Shown here in pieces: positions 14,600 to 26,877 of a DNA stretch of 64,000 nucleotides (position 1 is the first letter of the stretch; the number at the start of each line of letters is the position of its first letter). The notes under the pieces were generated by a model that worked only from the letters and a program-made list of their open reading frames with translations, was not told where the DNA came from and did not search any database. The stretch comes from Eledone cirrhosa (lineage: Eukaryota): NCBI GenBank assembly GCA_964016885.1, contig OZ024750.1, positions 34,348,001 to 34,412,000 of the forward strand, written 5' to 3'. Both the position numbers and the translations under genes were made by a program.

Positions 14600-15210
14600 G
14601 TGCCTCAGTCGAGAATGGCGTCATACCAGGAGGTACCATCTCTCCGAAGCTCTTCATGGCATCTCTCAAAATGGCCATCAGAGGTATCGACTGGGACGGT
14701 GGCGTGCAAATCAAAAGTGAGCTGCTCAGCCACCTCCGGTTCACAGATGGCATTATGCTCATTGTAGAAAGTACTGGGCAACTACAGACCATGCTGAATG
14801 AGCTGAATGCCAGAGGTGCAGCAGTCAGCCTGAAGATCAATGATGCGAAAACAAAGTACATGGCACTCAGTCAAGTTGTGGTTGGAGGCAATGAAATCAA
14901 GGAGGTGGAAAGTTATGTGTATCATGGCTTCAGCTAGGCTATAACCATGAGATTTTGTGGAGAATAAGATCTGGCGGGAGAACCTTTAACTCAGTGGAGG
15001 ATGTACTGAAGCAAACCTCGACAAAGCCACTCACATAAATCTCTTTAACAGAACAGTTCTACCTGTAATGTTCTATGTAATTGAAAAGTGGGCAATGATG
15101 AAGAGGAAGAACAATGGTTAGTAATGGCACAAAGAGCCAAGACAAGGTCAATGCCGGGATTCTCCTTGAGGGATCACATCCAAAAGGAGCAGATTAGAGA
15201 ACCGGGATGT
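14600..15210 (+). mobile_element. Decayed RTE-clade LINE reverse-transcriptase fragment
   Basis: GVIPGGTISPKLF (RQGD..SP motif), SHLRFTDGI (FADD motif), LKINDAKTKYM and VESYVY in ORF 14557-14937; downstream part is frameshifted. Confidence 0.85.
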
Positions 15211-15294
15211 TGTGCTAATGAAGATAGTCAGTTGCTCTGGTTCTTAATTCTTACAGTTTGGAATGTCTATTCTTCTCTCTGAATGATACATAAA

Positions 15295-15676
15295 CATCAT
15301 ACGTCCTCTTTTCCCTGCTTGCAAGGGTGGGACGGGTCTTATTCAGCACAGCATCTCTTCACTTGTCACGGTCCTTCTTCCTCTCCACCGTGAGCTTCAG
15401 CGATCTGAGGTCTGTTCTCACCACCTCCGCCCATGTTTTTCGTGGTCTACCTCCACCATGTCTTCCTTCAACTGGCATTTCCTGGCACTTCTTCACCCAT
15501 TGGTCATCCTCCATGCGCATCACATGTCCATACCCCCTCAGTCTCCTCTCTCGCACACTGCATTCTGTCCCTCTCAGATACAGTTTCTCTCTCAACACAT
15601 TCATGCTGGGTCGTTCACGCACATTGACATTGCACATCTAACAGAGCATGCTTGCCTCATTTCTCTCCAGCTGTCA
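15295..15676 (-). mobile_element. RTE LINE family B, 3' fragment
   Basis: RERRLRGYGHVMRMEDDQWVKKC...GRPRKTW; near-identical to 37725-38193. Confidence 0.9.
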
Positions 15677-15742
15677 TATACAGTTATGAATCACCCTATG
15701 TTAGTTCTACTGCTAATTAATATAAGCCTGTCAAATCTGCAC

Positions 15743-15910
15743 TCATCATCATCATTTCATTTTACGTCCGCTTTTTCCCTGCTTGCAAGGGTGGGACAGG
15801 AACTGATTCTGGCTTGATTTCTACAGCTGGATGCCCTTCCTAACACCAACCTCATTTACAGTGAGTGCTGGGTGCTTTTTTTCCATGGCACCTCCACAAC
15901 CACTTTGCAC
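15743..15910 (-). mobile_element. SINE family 1, 3' part
   Basis: Reverse complement of the 3' half of 33449-33787. Confidence 0.85.
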
Positions 15911-16179
15911 TATATATAATTATGAATCACTCTGTGTTAGTGTGTCATAATTAATATAAGCCTGTCAAAATCAGTACTATATACAATTATGAATCACCCT
16001 GTGTTAGTGTGAGATAATTGTGATACTTAAAAAGAACACAGAACAATAACTTTAATATCTCAGATGTTGAAAACTCTGTATCAAAATAAGATGGAGGATG
16101 CATGAAGGAATTAATGGAGACCAATATGACTTGTTGACCAACAGGACAATTGAAGCAGTGACAGCTTTAGAATCAATAA

Positions 16180-16640
16180 TAATAGTTTCTGAATGAGGCA
16201 CAAGGCTGACAACTTTGGGGGAGGGAGGGGGACAAGTCAATTAAATCGACCCCAGTGGATTACTGGTACTTTAGTTTATTGACCCTGTCAAATGAAAGAC
16301 AAATTTAATCTCGGCAGGATTTGAACACAGAACTTAAAGGGACGTAACTATATACCACAAAGCATATTGTCCGACGCTCTTCCAAAACTACTAAACCACC
16401 ACTCTTTTAGAATCAGTAATAATGATTTCTGATTTAGGCACAAGGCCAAGAATTTTGGGGGAGGGGAAAGTCAATTAAATCAACCTCAGTGTATTACTGG
16501 TACTTTATTCTATCAACACCATAAGGATGAAAAGCAAAGCTAACCTCGGTGGGATTTGATCTCAAAATATAAAGAACCATAAACTCTATGTGGCAAAGCA
16601 TAGTGTCCAATGCTCTACCGATTTTGCCAATCAATCACCT
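16180..16640 (-). mobile_element. Two tandem copies of SINE family 2 (tRNA head plus Meta/MESC-like central domain)
   Basis: Both align to 36395-36615 (GGCACAAGGC..., CTGGTACTTTATT..., GGATGAAA..., GGATTTGAAC). Confidence 0.75.
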
Positions 16641-16720
16641 GATTAGTGTTGAGTATCTGTAAAAGGAGATAATTTATCTTTTTTTTTCTTTTTTTCTAAG
16701 AATTTGAAAGTCAGATAACT

Positions 16721-16862
16721 AGAAAGCTGAGCAACATTGTATTTGTTGACTTCCGAAAGACTTTTGATGTTATAGATCATTTGAAGCTTAACTCGGCACT
16801 TGTAGAACTGGGAGTGGACTTGGAATGTCTAAGAATTATCTCTAATCTAAACAAGAAGACAT
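16721..16862 (+). mobile_element. Short LINE reverse-transcriptase fragment
   Basis: Translates RKLSNIVFVDFRKTFDVIDHLKLNSALVELGVDLECLRIISNL, containing the FVDFxKAFD motif of non-LTR RTs. Confidence 0.7.
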
Positions 16863-16878
16863 ATATGAGGAGGTTTAA

Positions 16879-17083
16879 CCCTTTAGCATTTACATTACTG
16901 TGAAAATACAATAGTAAATATAGAGTAAAGGCTTTACCTTACATAATTATCTCACATAATATTGAATCTAGGAGATTTTGATATTTATTTTGGGGACAAT
17001 ACCTTACATCGGTATCAGTGGCTGGTTATGGCCGGTTTGAATAGAAAGAAGGAGAGAATTCTGGCCAGATATGGTCAGTGTTA
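16879..17083 (+). mobile_element. piggyBac-like MITE copy with degenerate right end
   Basis: Starts TTAA|CCCTTTAGCATTTA; internal sequence aligns with 17331-17536. Confidence 0.6.
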
Positions 17084-17330
17084 AGAGTCTGTTGATTATT
17101 GTCACCAACATTATGCGATAGTTAAGCAGATGTAGCTGTTAATGTTACTACTAATTAATACAAGCCCGTCAAGCTTGAACAATATGCAAATGAACATCTC
17201 TTTAAATGTATTATATGCAAATTTAACCAAGCTATAGCTTATTTTACCTTAGTACCAAATGAGTAAATGTCACCGAGGATGGATAAAAAGCCTGAAAGCC
17301 CAGATAGCTGTGACATGACCATGACTTTAA

Positions 17331-17536
17331 CCCTTTAGCATTTATATTACTCTATATGCACTATTATATTTTCACGTTAAAGGATTTACCTCAAATAATA
17401 TCTCACATAATATAGACTATATGAGATTTTGAAATTTTTTTTTTTGAGAAAAGTATAAGCGGCCAGTTACAGCCGGTTTGAACAGAAAGAGATAAGATAA
17501 TTCTGGCCAGATACGGGCGGTTTAAATGTTAAAGGG
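17331..17536 (+). mobile_element. piggyBac-like MITE
   Basis: TTAA|CCCTTTAGCATTTA ... TAAATGTTAAAGGG|TTGA: terminal inverted repeats with a TTAA-like target site. Confidence 0.7.
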
Positions 17537-17989
17537 TTGAATACTCATAGCAAGATTTATGTATAGTTATTACTCATAAACCTATTGTATATTCATTGAT
17601 ATATAACTCTATTATGAATCATGCTGTGTTAGTACCTCTACTAATATTATTAACTAAAATTCACTCAGATATTTAAGTGTCCTAATAATATTTATTCTTT
17701 AAATATTGAGCTGTATAATGCTACCATGTTTTAAATGTATGTTTCAATAAAAATATGTGGAGAGACAGATGTTAAATGATGATACACACACACACACATA
17801 TATATGCACATGTGTATACATGTATATATATATATATATACACAGACACACATACACATATATGTATGTATATATGTATGTATATATTCAAAATTGTAAG
17901 TCAAGGATAAGAAATTATTTATTCATACATGTCTATGAATATATTATGTGTAATATATATATTTATATATATATATAAGCAGAAAGGAT

Positions 17990-18556
17990 ATTCAATTTGT
18001 TGGTAATTCAACAAATATAAATGTTTATAACTGATTCAGAGCACTCAACAGATTTTCTGGAGTATAATATACAATGATATTAAATAAATGGAAACTATAT
18101 TTATAAAACCATATTTATTCTATTATATATATTTCAAGGGTACCAAAATTTTGGTACGCTATCAGATAAAATACGAAGTGTGTTTTATAAATTTTGACAT
18201 AACCAAGGAGAATATACCTTAACGGGTCAAGTTTTCCTTAGATAGTGAAGGGATAAGAGAAGAAAAGTCAGATATTTCAAATTATTAAGATGAATATGCA
18301 TTTATACCTAAATCTCATTCGAATACTCATCTTAATAATTTGAAATATCTGACTTTTCTTCTCTTATCCCTTCACTATCCAAGGAAAACTCGAACTGTTA
18401 AGGTATATTCTCCTTGGTTATGTCAAAATTTATAAAACACACTTCGTATTTTATCTGATGAGAGTGTACCAAAATTTTGGTACCTTTGAAATATATATAA
18501 TAGAATAATTATGGTTTTATAAATATAGTTTCCATTTATTTAATATCATTGTATAT
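17990..18556. mobile_element. Palindromic Penelope-like pLTR element; ~230-bp inverted arms at 18067-18297 and 18322-18556
   Basis: Near-perfect long inverted repeat with a hammerhead motif in each arm (left copy degenerate, CTGATAG); ends in (TA)n; same family as 18575-18930 and 29350-29585. Confidence 0.75.
18447..18507 (+). ncRNA. Minimal type-I hammerhead ribozyme
   Basis: Stem I TATTTTAT/ATAGAATA (8 bp, one G-U); CTGATGA at 18455-61; stem II GAGTGTACCAA..TTGGTACCTTT; GAAA at 18488-91; helix III TATATA; predicted cut after AUA at 18499. Confidence 0.75.
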
Positions 18557-18574
18557 ATATATATATATATATAT

Positions 18575-18930
18575 GCAAAAGTTTTATTTAAAATTGTTGG
18601 GTTACAACAAGTAAATATTTTATAACTGATATAAAGCACTCAACAAGTTTTGGAGTAGATATACGATATTAAACAAATGGAAACTATATTTATAAAACCA
18701 TATTTATTTCATTATACATATTTCGGGGATACCATATTAAAAATATTAAAAATATGGCATGAAAGTTGATCAATATTTATGGTACGTCAAAATTATTTAT
18801 AAAACTGCTTATATATTGTATTTTATCTGAAGAAGGCATGCCATATTTTTAATATGGTATCCCCGAAATATGTATAATGAAATAAATATGGTTTTATAAA
18901 TATAGTTTCCATTTGTTTAATATCGTATAT
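18575..18930. mobile_element. Second palindromic Penelope-like pLTR element; arms at 18659-18761 and 18837-18930
   Basis: Inverted arms homologous to the element at 17990-18556; flanked on both sides by (TA)n. Confidence 0.75.
18819..18884 (+). ncRNA. Minimal type-I hammerhead ribozyme
   Basis: Stem I TATTTTAT/ATGAAATA; CTGAAGA at 18827-33; stem II AGGCATGCCATATT..AATATGGTATCCCC (first pair mismatched); GAAA at 18865-68; TATGTA; predicted cut after 18876. Confidence 0.7.
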
Positions 18931-19421
18931 ATATATATATATATATAGTTTGGTAGGGTCATGTTACCAATTAAAACATATGCACAGGTTGATTTTTCCC
19001 TTCAGTTTTTATTATTACTCTGGTTAATTAACCAACTGATGGATAGATTAATTACCTAACAGATCTTTACCTGATTGTCATGGTTCATTCATCATGCAAC
19101 ACCAAGACAGATCAAAGCAGTCATCCTATATAGCGGAAACAACCCGCCTCCCTTATTAGAAAGCCTGAATGGAATAGCAATTTCCACCTCCACTACATAA
19201 TGACTGATGACGAAATAATGTCAACACATGTACAGAATGCATGTAGAATTGTGCAGCTGTCTAGCAACGAGAGAACACAGAGGTATATATGTGTAAAGAT
19301 ATGCACATTTACATACTGGCATATGCATGTGTATACATTACACATAGACGCATGTGTGAGAGTATGGACAGGTGTATATATGTGTATATATATTATACAT
19401 AGATAGACACAGGTTAGGGTG

Positions 19422-19462
<41 letters not shown>

Positions 19463-19470
19463 TATATATC

Positions 19471-19834
19471 TAGAGCATTGGCCTTGCAATCGAAAAGGTT
19501 GTGAGTTCAATTCTCAGACAGTGATGTGTTGTTTCCTTGAGCAAGACACTTTATTTCACATTGTAGAAATGAGATGATAGGACTGGGGCCCCCTATCATT
19601 CCACTGCAAAGTGGTCGTGGAGGTGCCACAGTAAAAAAGCACCCAGCCCACACTGTAAAGTGGTCGTGGAGGTGCCACGGAAAAAAAAAAGCACCCAGCA
19701 CACACTGTAAAAATGAGGTTGGTGTTAGGAAGGGCATCCAGCTGTAGAAATCAAGCCAGAATCAGTTCCCGTCCCACCCTTGCAAGCAGGGAAAAGCGGA
19801 CGTAAAATGATGATGATGATGATGATGATGATGA
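19471..19834 (+). mobile_element. SINE family 1 (tRNA head, CORE-like domain, RTE tail) with an internal duplication
   Basis: B box GAGTTCAATTC; TTCCTTGAGCAAGACACTT; (GAT)n tail; the GTGGTCGTGGAGGTGCCAC module is present twice. Confidence 0.85.
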
Positions 19835-20029
19835 TATATATCTATTACACATAAAGACAGGTGTAAGGGTATAGATAGGTATATATATATATGAAAGGAA
19901 GATAAAGATCCCATAACTCCTTATGGAGTCGTAGAGGCAGCGTCATACAGCATGTCTAGGACACTTTTAAACTTGGCAGAGCCCAACCCTGTCCAGGTCT
20001 GAACACAGCCAAGTTTTTCTATAATGGAA

Positions 20030-20192
20030 GAATCGACCCCAGTACTGGACTGGTACTTTTTTTATCAACCTTGAAAGGATGAAAGACTAAGTTGACCTCA
20101 GCGGGATTTGAACTCAGAGCTCTCAATGACATGTGACGGATACCATAATGCATTCTATCAGATGTCTTAACAACTCTGCCAATTCATCGCCT
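20030..20192 (-). mobile_element. SINE family 2 fragment
   Basis: ATCGACCCCAGT..CTGGTACTTT..GGATGAAAG..GGGATTTGAACTCAG. Confidence 0.7.
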
Positions 20193-20406
20193 TATATATA
20201 GTAAGGGTGTAATGGAGGCCAGTGTAAAATATACCAAATAAGTTGATAGGCACGACACACGATAGTACCACATTCCAGTGTGGGCTGAGTGCATTTTATT
20301 GTGGTACCAGTAATACCACATTTCAACATTAGGATAGTTGCATTATTGGATGATCTGAGAGGACAGTAGTAGGGGGTTGGAGGGGGGAGGAAGAGAGCAG
20401 AAATTT

Positions 20407-20852
20407 TGGCTGCCTCTTGGAGGAAGGAGTGGAGTGGCTGCCTCTTGGAGGAAGGAGTGGAGTGGCTGCCTTTTGGAGGAAGGAGTGGAGTGGCTGCCTC
20501 ATGGAGGAAGGAGTGGAGTGGCTGCCTCATGGAGGAAGGAGTGGAGTGGCTGCCTCTTGGAGGAAGGAGTGGAGTGGCTGCCTTTTGGAGGAAGGAGTGG
20601 AGTGGCTGCCTCATGGAGGAAGGAGTGGAGTGGCTGCCTCATGGAGGAAGGAGTGGAGTGGCTGCCTCTTGGAGGAAGGAGTGGAGTGGCTGCCTCATGG
20701 AGGAAGGAGTGGAGTGGCTGCCTCATGGAGGAAGGTGTGGAGTGGCTGCCTCATGGAGGAAGGAGTGGAGTGGCTGCCTCATGGAGGAAGGTGTGGAGTG
20801 GCTGCCTCATGGAGGAAGGTGTGGAGTGGCTGCCTCATGGAGGAAGGAGTGG
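20407..20852. repeat. 28-bp purine-rich minisatellite TGGCTGCCTCATGGAGGAAGGAGTGGAG
   Basis: About 16 tandem copies. Confidence 0.95.
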
Positions 20853-21097
20853 ACTTGGTATGGGGGGTGGGGAGTCATCTAGTGGAGGTGAGCCTAGACT
20901 TCCATGCTGGCACAGGTGGGCAACGATATTGATGGTGACAAAACAGTTCATTCTACTGGAGTTGCCTGGGAGGAGAGGTGCAAGAAAGGAAGAGAAGAAA
21001 GTGTCTGGAGTTGGTGGAGGACTGCTGCAGGAATAAGTGAAAGGACAATGTCTTCTTCATTCTGTCAGCTAGGGCCATGATGTGGACTAACCCTTAA

Positions 21098-21305
21098 CCC
21101 TTTAGTATTTAAACTGGCCATATCCAACCAGAATTCTCTCACCTCTTTCTGTTCAAACCGTTCGTAACCAGTTGCTCATCCAACATGAAGGTATTGTTCT
21201 CAAAATAAATGATATCAAAATCTCAATAGATTCAATATTATGTGAGATAAAGTCTTTACCGAGAATATACAATAGTGAATATAAAGTAATGTAAATGGTA
21301 AAGGG
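21098..21305 (-). mobile_element. piggyBac-like MITE, opposite orientation
   Basis: TTAA|CCCTTTAGTATTTA ... TAAATGGTAAAGGG|TTGA; reverse complement of 17331-17536. Confidence 0.7.
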
Positions 21306-21542
21306 TTGATCAGTGAGATGTTATAAATGATTAAAGAAATAGTTGTCATACACACACACACACACATACCCATACACAAATACACACATACACACACACA
21401 CACACACACACATACACACGTATATATATATACCAGTAAATATATGTATACATAGAGGTAAGTCATATATATATAATTTAAAGAAAGATTTATGTCACAT
21501 GCATATGTATATATTTATCAGTTAATATAATATATAGAGTTT

Positions 21543-21607
<65 letters not shown>

Positions 21608-21662
21608 TGAGAGAGTTCCTTCCTCTTCTCTCTTTCTAGTTAATCTTTTATTTCTCTTCCTA

Positions 21663-21698
21663 TCTTCTGATGAAGAACAAGTGTCTGAAAGGTAAAGA
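21663..21698 (+). ncRNA. Degenerate very minimal hammerhead motif
   Basis: TCTT-CTGATGA-AGAACAAGTGTCT-GAAA-GG-TA^AAGA; stem I of 4 bp, stem II of 3 bp, helix III not palindromic. Confidence 0.45.
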
Positions 21699-21817
21699 CT
21701 CTTTTCCTACTATATCAAGTGTTAAACTATTAATACCTTGCATAAAAAATACATAATCAAGTTGACTATTAAAATATTACATTACATATGTGATATATAG
21801 TTCTAATAAATCGTTTG

Positions 21818-21818
<1 letters not shown>

Positions 21819-21900
<82 letters not shown>

Positions 21901-21930
21901 TGTATATATATGTATATATATATATGTATA

Positions 21931-22000
<70 letters not shown>

Positions 22001-22036
22001 TGTATATATATGTATATATATATATGTATATATATG

Positions 22037-22121
<85 letters not shown>

Positions 22122-22148
22122 GTATATATATATATATGTATATATATG

Positions 22149-22186
<38 letters not shown>

Positions 22187-22218
22187 TGTATATATATGTA
22201 TATATATGTATATATATG

Positions 22219-22251
<33 letters not shown>

Positions 22252-22520
22252 GTATATATATGTATATATATGTATATATATGTATATATGTATATATATG
22301 TATATATATGTATATATGTATATATATGTATATATGTATATATATATGTATATATATATGTACATATATATATATATGTATATATATGTATATATGTATA
22401 TATATGTATATATATGTATATATGTATATGTATATATATGTATATATATGTATATATATGTATATGTATATATATATATGTATATATATATGTATATATA
22501 TGTATATATATATACATGTA

Positions 22521-22552
<32 letters not shown>

Positions 22553-22652
22553 CATATATATACATATATATATACATATATATATGTATATATATATATA
22601 CATATACATATATATATACATATATATATACATATATATATATGTATATATA
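21819..22652. repeat. (TA)n/(TATG)n microsatellite
   Basis: Directly visible. Confidence 0.97.
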
Positions 22653-23230
22653 TGTGGTCTCCCCACACGAAACAAAGTATCATGAAACTTGAAGCTCCTC
22701 AAAGGGCAATCACGAAAAAGATAGATGGCATGTCAGACCTTGACTACTGGGGTCGACTAGAAAACCTGAAACTTTACTCACTCCAACGTCACCGTGAGCG
22801 TTATATTATCTGCATGATGTGGAAAATGTTCCATCATCACTGCCCAAATGATGTTGGCATCGCCTTCAAGATACACCCAAGGCTTGGGCCCCGTGCTATC
22901 CGTCCCATTCAAAAATCTAAATCGCAACTCATAACAACAATACGGCACAATTATTTCACCTCAATCGGCCCTGCTCTCTTCAACATCACACCAGGACACG
23001 TCAAAACAGAAACTGACCACACAAAATTCAAGAAGTCTTTGGACAAATTCCTCCAAGTAATCCCGGACAAACCACCCACACCCGGATATGTCTCCGCAAA
23101 CAGTAATTCTCTTCTCGAATGGGCCATGGTGCCCAAATCCTGAATTGAAAGACTTCGCCAGGTGGTGCTATTAAGTTAAACATGGCCTGGGCCAATACTG
23201 GCCAAAACATTTCAAAGTTATTCAAAGTTA
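22653..23230 (+). mobile_element. 5'-truncated CR1/Jockey-group LINE: ORF2 C-terminus plus 3' UTR
   Basis: [50 protein letters not shown]...FKKSLDKFL, open to the stop at 23143; tail (TTCAAAGTTA)2; flanked on both sides by (TA)n. Confidence 0.9.
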
Positions 23231-23236
23231 TATATG

Positions 23237-23301
<65 letters not shown>

Positions 23302-23302
23302 G

Positions 23303-23379
<77 letters not shown>

Positions 23380-23404
23380 GTATATATATATGTATATGTA
23401 TATG

Positions 23405-23437
<33 letters not shown>

Positions 23438-23622
23438 GTATATGTATATATATATATGTATATGTATATATATATATGTATATATATATATATGTATATA
23501 TATGTATATGTATATATATGTATATATGTATATATATGTATATATATATATGTATATATATATATATGTGTATATATATATATATGTGTATATATGTATA
23601 TATGTATATATATGTATATATG

Positions 23623-23655
<33 letters not shown>

Positions 23656-23706
23656 GTGTATATATGTATATATGTATATATATATATGTATATATATGTA
23701 TATATG

Positions 23707-23773
<67 letters not shown>

Positions 23774-23918
23774 GTATATATGTATATATATGTATATATG
23801 TATGTATATGTATATATATGTATATATGTGTATATATGTATATATATGTATATATGTATATATATGTATATATGTATATATATGTACATATGTATATATA
23901 TGTATATATGTATATATA

Positions 23919-23951
<33 letters not shown>

Positions 23952-24042
23952 ATATATGTATATATGTATATATATGTATATATGTATATATATATGTATA
24001 TGTATATATATGTATATGTATGTATGTATATATATATATATA
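23231..24042. repeat. (TA)n/(TATG)n microsatellite
   Basis: Directly visible. Confidence 0.97.
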
Positions 24043-24373
24043 TGGCTTAGTGGTTAGAGCATTGGGCTTGCAATCGAAAGGTTGTGAGTTCAATTCTCAG
24101 ACCGGGTGATGTGTTGTTTCCTTGAGCAAGACACTTTATTTCACATTACTCCAGTTTACTCAGCTGTAGAAATGAGATGATAGGACTGGGGTCCATATCA
24201 TTCTACTGCAAAGTGGTCATGGAGGTGCCACGGCAAAAAAGCACCCAGCACTCACTGTAAATGAGGTTGGTGTTAGGAAGAGCATCCAGCTGTAGAAATC
24301 AAGCCAGAATCAGTTCCCATCCCACCCTTGCAAGCAGGGAAAGCGGACGTAAAATGATGATGATGATGATGAT
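24043..24373 (+). mobile_element. SINE family 1, near full length
   Basis: A box TGGCTTAGTGG, B box GAGTTCAATTC, CORE-like domain, tail GCGGACGTAAAA(TGA)n. Confidence 0.9.
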
Positions 24374-24386
24374 ATATATACACACA

Positions 24387-24562
24387 CAGGTAAAATTCCG
24401 TTATAACAAATACCATTATAATGAATTTTTCAGTATAACAAAATTTGTTTCAATCCTCGGCCACACACTCAAAGAGTTAGGTCGATATTGTTATAAGGAA
24501 TTTTTCGTTACAACAAATTTTTTTCTATACCCTGTGAATTTCGTTATAACGGAATTTCACTG
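24387..24562. mobile_element. Tc1/mariner (pogo/Tigger-like) MITE
   Basis: TIRs CAGGTAAAATTCCGTTATAAC ... GTTATAACGGAATTTCACTG|TA; repeated internal (G)TTATAA motifs. Confidence 0.7.
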
Positions 24563-25714
24563 TATATATATATATAGAGAGAGTCTTTTATATATATTTA
24601 TATATAAGAAACTATTCCTGCTATTTAAAGCGTTAAACTAATATATTTCTTCCATGTACTGTGCTGTTTTTGTTATTTTAGTTTACCTGATACACACACA
24701 CACATATATACTGCATGTTATAACCACCATAAATTGTAATCTATGTAAAGGATTGTGTAGGAATATCTTAAGAGGTTCACTACTTGACCTAAATACATAC
24801 ATTGCTTTAAAAGAAAATTAGAATAAAGAAAGAGTTTTTAAATAATTCATTGTAGTCAAACTAACAATTCCACAAAAATCATTAAACAATGAGTATTTGA
24901 CAAATCTTCGTTGTTTATTATTAATTTAAACAAGTAAACGTGTCGTGTATAATGCGAATAATTTTGGTGAGAGGAAATCTGGTCATAAAACTGAATCATA
25001 TATAATGATGAAGCTAATATTGTATTTGTGATTATAGAAAGAGGATCAGTTGGTAATAAATTAGCCAATACAGCAGGTGGCATGCTGTGTTAATGCTAAG
25101 TATATTGTATTTATTGATTTAGGAGAAAGTCAGACAAGTTGACTATGATTGGAAAATTATTTCTAGTTTTAAAAATAAGCTATCATTCAATCAGATAAAA
25201 ATCCTGCCATCCGGGCCAATGTATTTTGTCTGTTTTGTATATTTATATATATTACTTATTTATGAACTAATATTTTTATTATATGTTGTGCTGAAAGAAG
25301 ATAGAATATATTACTGCATTCATTGTATTGTATCTTTGCCAGAAGATGGATAATTTAATGAAAATATACTGCAGAAGATTTTAATATAATAGAAGCTAAG
25401 TAATTCTGTACGTTTGTCAAAAGAAAGAGTTAGTTTCTACTGTTAGCTAAATATACAAATCAAATACATTGTGCTAAATAGTTTGTGGAAGCTTTTTATA
25501 TATATATTTTCTTTTAAATTTTTAATAAAGGGTTGTTTCTGCCTTAGACAAAAAGCTTTTTTTCAAATTGAGTATAGTTGATAAATTAATATAAAAGTAT
25601 TTATTACATTGGGATCTCTTGTGAGATAAAAAGTTGAATTCAAATTAACTGTTATAAGATTTGAAAACAGAATCTCACAGGAATAAATTGGATACAATAA
25701 ATATCTATAGCTCT

Positions 25715-25965
25715 TAACCTACCTGTTAGAAACTATTGATAAAGATATGTTACTCTATGTATTTACCTGTAATAAACTATTAATAAAGGTGTGTTCCTCT
25801 TAACCTACCTGTAATAAACTATGAATAAAGGTGTATTCCTTTTAATTGTAATGAACTATTGATAAAGGGGTGTTACTTTCAACCTACCTGTAATGAACTA
25901 TTGATAAAGGTATGTTACTTTCAACCTGCCTGTAATGAACTATTGATAAAGCTATGTTACTCTAT
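25715..25965. repeat. ~40-bp diverged minisatellite (AACCTACCTGTAATAAACTATTGATAAAGGTGTGTTACT..)
   Basis: About 6 copies; a related unit occurs near 27165-27220. Confidence 0.75.
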
Positions 25966-26049
25966 ATCAATACATAGTACCTGTGGAATCTTGTCATATA
26001 AGTCTCGTGTTCTTCTCTTTTTCTTTACCCACTTATTCCTGTGAGGATC

Positions 26050-26263
26050 ATGAGGACAGTCCTGAAAGACCAGCGGGTCCTGTCAGAAGTAACCATCTCC
26101 AACTGATCTGGTTTGATCCCCAAGCAAGACCAGCCAAGTTCATGTATGTTATCCAACCAACTTGGGGTCTACTCCCTTGGGTCTCTTGCTCGTGGCTTTG
26201 TTTATAAAATCTGTTCAGTGATTCTTTCCTGAGACATTCTAACCACATGCCCAGTTTCATCTT
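26050..26263 (-). mobile_element. Old RTE-like LINE C-terminal fragment
   Basis: Minus strand reads GHVVRMSQERITEQIL*...SWLDNIHELG...SDRTRW, with stop codons. Confidence 0.6.
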
Positions 26264-26283
26264 AAATATGAATATCCATAAAT

Positions 26284-26867
26284 AATGAAAGCCGACAGCT
26301 GTATAAAAAAGTGCAGGGCGATCAAAATTGATGGAAGCTATGGAGTAGGCAGACTCAGAAAAACCTGGGACGATTTGATAAATTCCGACCTTACACACTT
26401 ACACCTCTCCAAGACAATGTCACTAGATCGAGATCTTTGGTGCTACGCAGTAATACAGAAGACTCACCTTGCCTATATACAAAGTGAAACCTACAGTCAG
26501 TAGGTACCTCTTACGCACCCCCCCCCCCCCCCCCCATCCCACTACCCCTACTCCCACCCCCATCAACACCACCCCTATCTCTGTAAAGTTATGTTGGTAC
26601 CACAACATCCAGTCCTAAATAAACAAGGTCCTGTAGGTGTCACGACAAAAAAAACACAGTCCACGCTGTAATGTGGCCGCGTAGGTAACATGGTTAAAAC
26701 CTCCCAGTCCACACTGTAAACGTGGTTGGTGTTAGGAAGGGCATCCAGCCATAGAAAACCTGCCAGACAGTCCTATATGAGCAGGACAACCAATCTTGCC
26801 TCAAGTGGGACAATTCCCGTCTAAACCTATGCTAGCGTGGAAGATAGACGTTAAACGATGATGATGA
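26284..26867 (+). mobile_element. RTE LINE family A, 3' fragment
   Basis: MKADSCIKKCRAIKIDGSYGVGRLRKTW; aligns to 31845-32430 including the 3' UTR and (GAT)n. Confidence 0.9.
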
Positions 26868-26877
26868 AGTATGAATA

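Noticed and set aside
14828-14865. CTGAAGA...GAAA motif
   Set aside because: It lies within LINE RT coding sequence and the stems do not pair.
19201-19230. CTGATGACGAAA hammerhead-like core
   Set aside because: No stem II and no matching stem I.
20192-21036. Trp/Glu/Gly-rich overlapping ORFs
   Set aside because: They are translations of the 28-bp minisatellite.
12037-24109. Numerous Tyr/Ile-rich ORFs
   Set aside because: They are translations of (TA)n/(TG)n microsatellites.
24856-25095. 75-aa minus-strand ORF, or a plus-strand terminal exon reading ERGSVGNKLANTAGGMLC*
   Set aside because: No recognisable homology and weak splice signals; cannot be supported from sequence alone.
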